From Felis catus (taxonomy: Eukaryota): 64,000 bases of DNA. Of the stretch, positions 61,458 through 64,000 are shown piece by piece. Position numbers and translations under genes: made by a program. The stretch covers positions 1,116,001-1,180,000 of the forward strand of contig NC_058369.1 in assembly GCF_018350175.1 (NCBI RefSeq). The letters are read 5' to 3'. Numbering within the stretch: the first letter of the stretch is position 1; each line of letters starts with the position of its first letter. A model generated the notes under the pieces. It ran no database searches. It had not been told where the DNA came from and worked only from the letters and a program-made list of their open reading frames with translations.

Positions 61458-62528
61458 ATGGACCCCGCCCCGGGCCTCGCGGAGCAGCATGGGGACGAGG
61501 AGGCCGCGAGCCCCCAGCCAGCGCCTGCGCCGTGGCAAGCCCTCCCGGTCCTGTCCGAGCAGCAGTCCCAGGACGTGGAGCTGGTGCTGGCCTACGCCGC
61601 GCCCGTCCTCGACAAGCGTCAGACCTCGCGCCTCCTCAAGGAGGTGTCGGCCGTGCACCCGCTGCCCGCCCAGCCTCACCTCAAGAGGGTGCGGCCCAGC
61701 CGCGATGCCAGCCGCCCGCACGCACTGGAGATACTGCTGTGCCTGGCGGGGCCGGCGCCGGGTGCACGATCGCTGGCCGAGCTCCTCCCGCGGCCGGCCG
61801 TGGACCCTCGCGGCCTGGGGCAGCCCTTCCTGGTGCCCGTGCCCGCCCGGCCGCCCCTGACCAGAGGCCAGTTCGAGGAGGCGCGCGCCCACTGGCCCAC
61901 ATCCTTCCACGAGGACAGGCAGGTGGCCCGTGCCCTGGCCGGACGGCTCTTCTCGGTGCAGGAGCAGGCGGCGATGCAGGGCCACATGGAGCGGGCCGTG
62001 TGGGCGGCGCAGCAGGCGGCCGCCAGGGGCCTGAGGGCCGTGGGGGCGGTGGTGGTGGACCCGTCCTCGGGCCGCGTGCTGGCCACCGGCCATGACTGCA
62101 GCAGCGCGGCCAGCCCCCTGCTGCATGCCACCATGGTGTGCATCGACCTGGTGGCCCGGGGCCAGGGGCGCGGCGCCTACGACCTCCGCCCCTACCCTGC
62201 CTGCTCCTTCGCCCCGGCCGTCGTCGTCCCCCAGGGCGTCCGCGCGGGCTCTGTGCGCAAGCTGGAGGAGGACGGGGACGCGCGCGGGGACAGCCTGCCC
62301 TACGTGTGCACCGGCTATGATCTCTACGTCACCCGCGAGCCCTGTGCCATGTGCGCCATGGCCCTGGTACACTCCCGCGTGCAGCGCGTCTTCTATGGGG
62401 CGCCGTCGCCCGACGGTGCGCTGGGCACCCGCTTCCGCATCCACGCCCGGCCGGACCTCAACCACCGCTTCCAGGTGTTCCGTGGTGTTCTGGAAGCCCA
62501 GTGCCGCCGGCTGCACCCCTTCGTGTAG
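61458..62528 (+). CDS. ADAT3: ADAT3, non-catalytic subunit of the tRNA A34 deaminase (356 aa, single coding exon, nested in SCAMP4 intron 1)
   Basis: MDPAPGL...[39 protein letters not shown]...[14 protein letters not shown]...[26 protein letters not shown]...[14 protein letters not shown]. Kozak AGGATGG; acceptor tctcccacag| at 61440. Confidence 0.97.
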   Translation: MDPAPGLAEQHGDEEAASPQPAPAPWQALPVLSEQQSQDVELVLAYAAPVLDKRQTSRLLKEVSAVHPLPAQPHLKRVRPSRDASRPHALEILLCLAGPAPGARSLAELLPRPAVDPRGLGQPFLVPVPARPPLTRGQFEEARAHWPTSFHEDRQVARALAGRLFSVQEQAAMQGHMERAVWAAQQAAARGLRAVGAVVVDPSSGRVLATGHDCSSAASPLLHATMVCIDLVARGQGRGAYDLRPYPACSFAPAVVVPQGVRAGSVRKLEEDGDARGDSLPYVCTGYDLYVTREPCAMCAMALVHSRVQRVFYGAPSPDGALGTRFRIHARPDLNHRFQVFRGVLEAQCRRLHPFV

Positions 62529-62896
62529 GCGGCAGCGCCCGCCGGACCCCGGGCCCCGGGCCGGGCTCTCCCCTGGCCTCTCAGCCTCCCGGCAGACTCC
62601 ACCGGTGGGCCCCTGCGTCCCTCCTCGTCCCGGCCGTGATCCTGCCGGTCAGTTGTAGGGACGTTCGCGTCCCCCAGCCCGGAGCCAGACCCTGTGCTGT
62701 CTCCACCGGTGTGTGGGGACGCATCTGTGCCCAACCGAGCTCTTCCCTGGGCTTGAGCCTAGCGGGGGTCCGGCCCGGGCCGGGGAGCTGGGCACTCGGA
62801 CTTCCTTCCTCCAGCTGCCCTTTGCCCCCAGCCCGAGGGTCCACTGGGACGGTGTCCCCTGTGTGTCAGGTGTCACAGAGCGGCTCTACATGTGAA

Positions 62897-62902
62897 AATA
62901 AA
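62897..62902 (+). terminator. ADAT3: ADAT3 polyadenylation signal (intronic relative to SCAMP4)
   Basis: AATAAA ~370 nt after the stop, with GU-rich 'gtcggtgtctgttg' downstream. Confidence 0.85.
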
Positions 62903-64000
62903 CACCCCCAAACCAGGTCGGTGTCTGTTGACAGAGGCATGGGGCCGTGGTGGCCGAGGGTACCTGGGTTGGAGTGACCGCTTCCTCCAGGGTGCGGGGT
63001 TTGTACAGGGGGAGGGGAGCTTCTGAGCCAAGTGGGGCAAGAGCGTGGCCCTGGGAGTGGGGCCTCTGCCTGTGTGCTACGTCTGGAAGGGCGTGGCCGA
63101 CCAGCGTGTGTTTACGCTAGGGTGTAGCCTGCCGGCCTGACTCACCCCACCGAAAGGCTCCTTCCCGTCAGCCTGTCTCCTGACCTTCACAGATGGCCAG
63201 AGGGGGTGAGCCGGGGGTCTGCCGCAGAGCAGGTAGTGCTAGGAGCGACGTGTGTCCCTTCAGCAGCTGTGCGTGATTGGATCACCAGGCCAGCTTCGCC
63301 CTGAGCCCGCCGTGGAGCCCGGGGTATTTGCTCCCAGCCCGTCCTAGCCCCTGGGGCCGGGGCAGGGGGTCTGCCCTCGAGCTAGTGCAGTGGATGGGTG
63401 GTGTGGGCGGGAGGGTCTCGGGGGCGTGGACCCTGGAGACTCACTGGAACCTTCTCACCTGGGCTGTGCGTGAGAAAGACGTCTGTGGGTTCCCATCCCC
63501 CTGCCCGCCTCCAGGTACGGTTCCCTTGCCCACGCCGGGCTTACCTGTGCCATGAGGCCCTGGTGGGTGCTGGGCAAGGCCACGCTGTGGCTCATTTCCT
63601 GGAGATGGCGGTGCCCACCCGCAAAGCCCTCGGGGACCGGCGTGTTCTCATCGGGTGTGTGTGTTAGTGCCAGCCTGGTACGTGGGGCCACTGTGTGACA
63701 CCAGCTCACGTGGCTGCACGTAGAAGGGCCGCTGGGGTGCCACGTGCTTGGCTCGGGTCGTGACGCGATCCTCAGCTCTGCAAGGCTTGCAGGGGTGACA
63801 ACTGCAGGCCAGAGAGGTTGTGTGACCACGTGTCACATAGCAGTGAGCGCGAACCCAGTTCTCAGTGTCTCACAAGTTGGGCTTTGTGGCCCTGAGGAGG
63901 TGCTCAGAGCCAGTCAAGGATAAAGCGAAAGCCTGGGGGGTGGGGAGGGCATGGGGTAGGTTTGGGGGGGGGTCCCAGGAACATTTTGGCTCTGGCCGGT

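Noticed and set aside
61227-62516. 429-aa antisense ORF over ADAT3
   Set aside because: Shadow ORF from very high GC3; no recognizable domain.

Overview
Eukaryotic, GC-rich, gene-dense mammalian DNA, almost certainly from a felid given the many SINEC_Fc-type CAN-SINEs. It is syntenic with human 19p13.3. Gene order: REXO1 (minus; promoter and coding exon 1, with intron 1 running off the left edge), KLF16 (minus; two coding exons, ~1.9 kb 3'UTR), ABHD17A (minus; non-coding exon 1 plus four coding exons), then the shared SCAMP4/ADAT3 first exon (plus) with the intronless ADAT3 CDS nested in SCAMP4 intron 1. There are five N gaps, two of them inside CDSs. Almost all entries in the ORF track are GC-rich shadow ORFs or SINE-derived. 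I see no prokaryotic-type system (CRISPR, operon). The best leads are regulatory or evolutionary: (1) a two-uORF switch in the ABHD17A leader, with a spliced 38-aa uORF that spans the start of an inhibitory overlapping uORF; (2) ancient L1M 3'-end copies 40-50 kb apart that share ~94% identical, GC-rewritten cores, plus a MER33 rewritten AT->GC, suggesting GC-biased and possibly non-allelic gene conversion; (3) two orphan CpG promoters with strong splice donors at ~31.1 kb and ~52.5 kb; (4) loss of the human-type ADAT3 N-terminal extension and an HAT pseudo-active site; (5) a CCCH-like finger and uORFs at the REXO1 5' end; (6) a 38-bp intronic VNTR with RE1-like units. Repeat family names and human comparisons come from memory and have not been verified by search.
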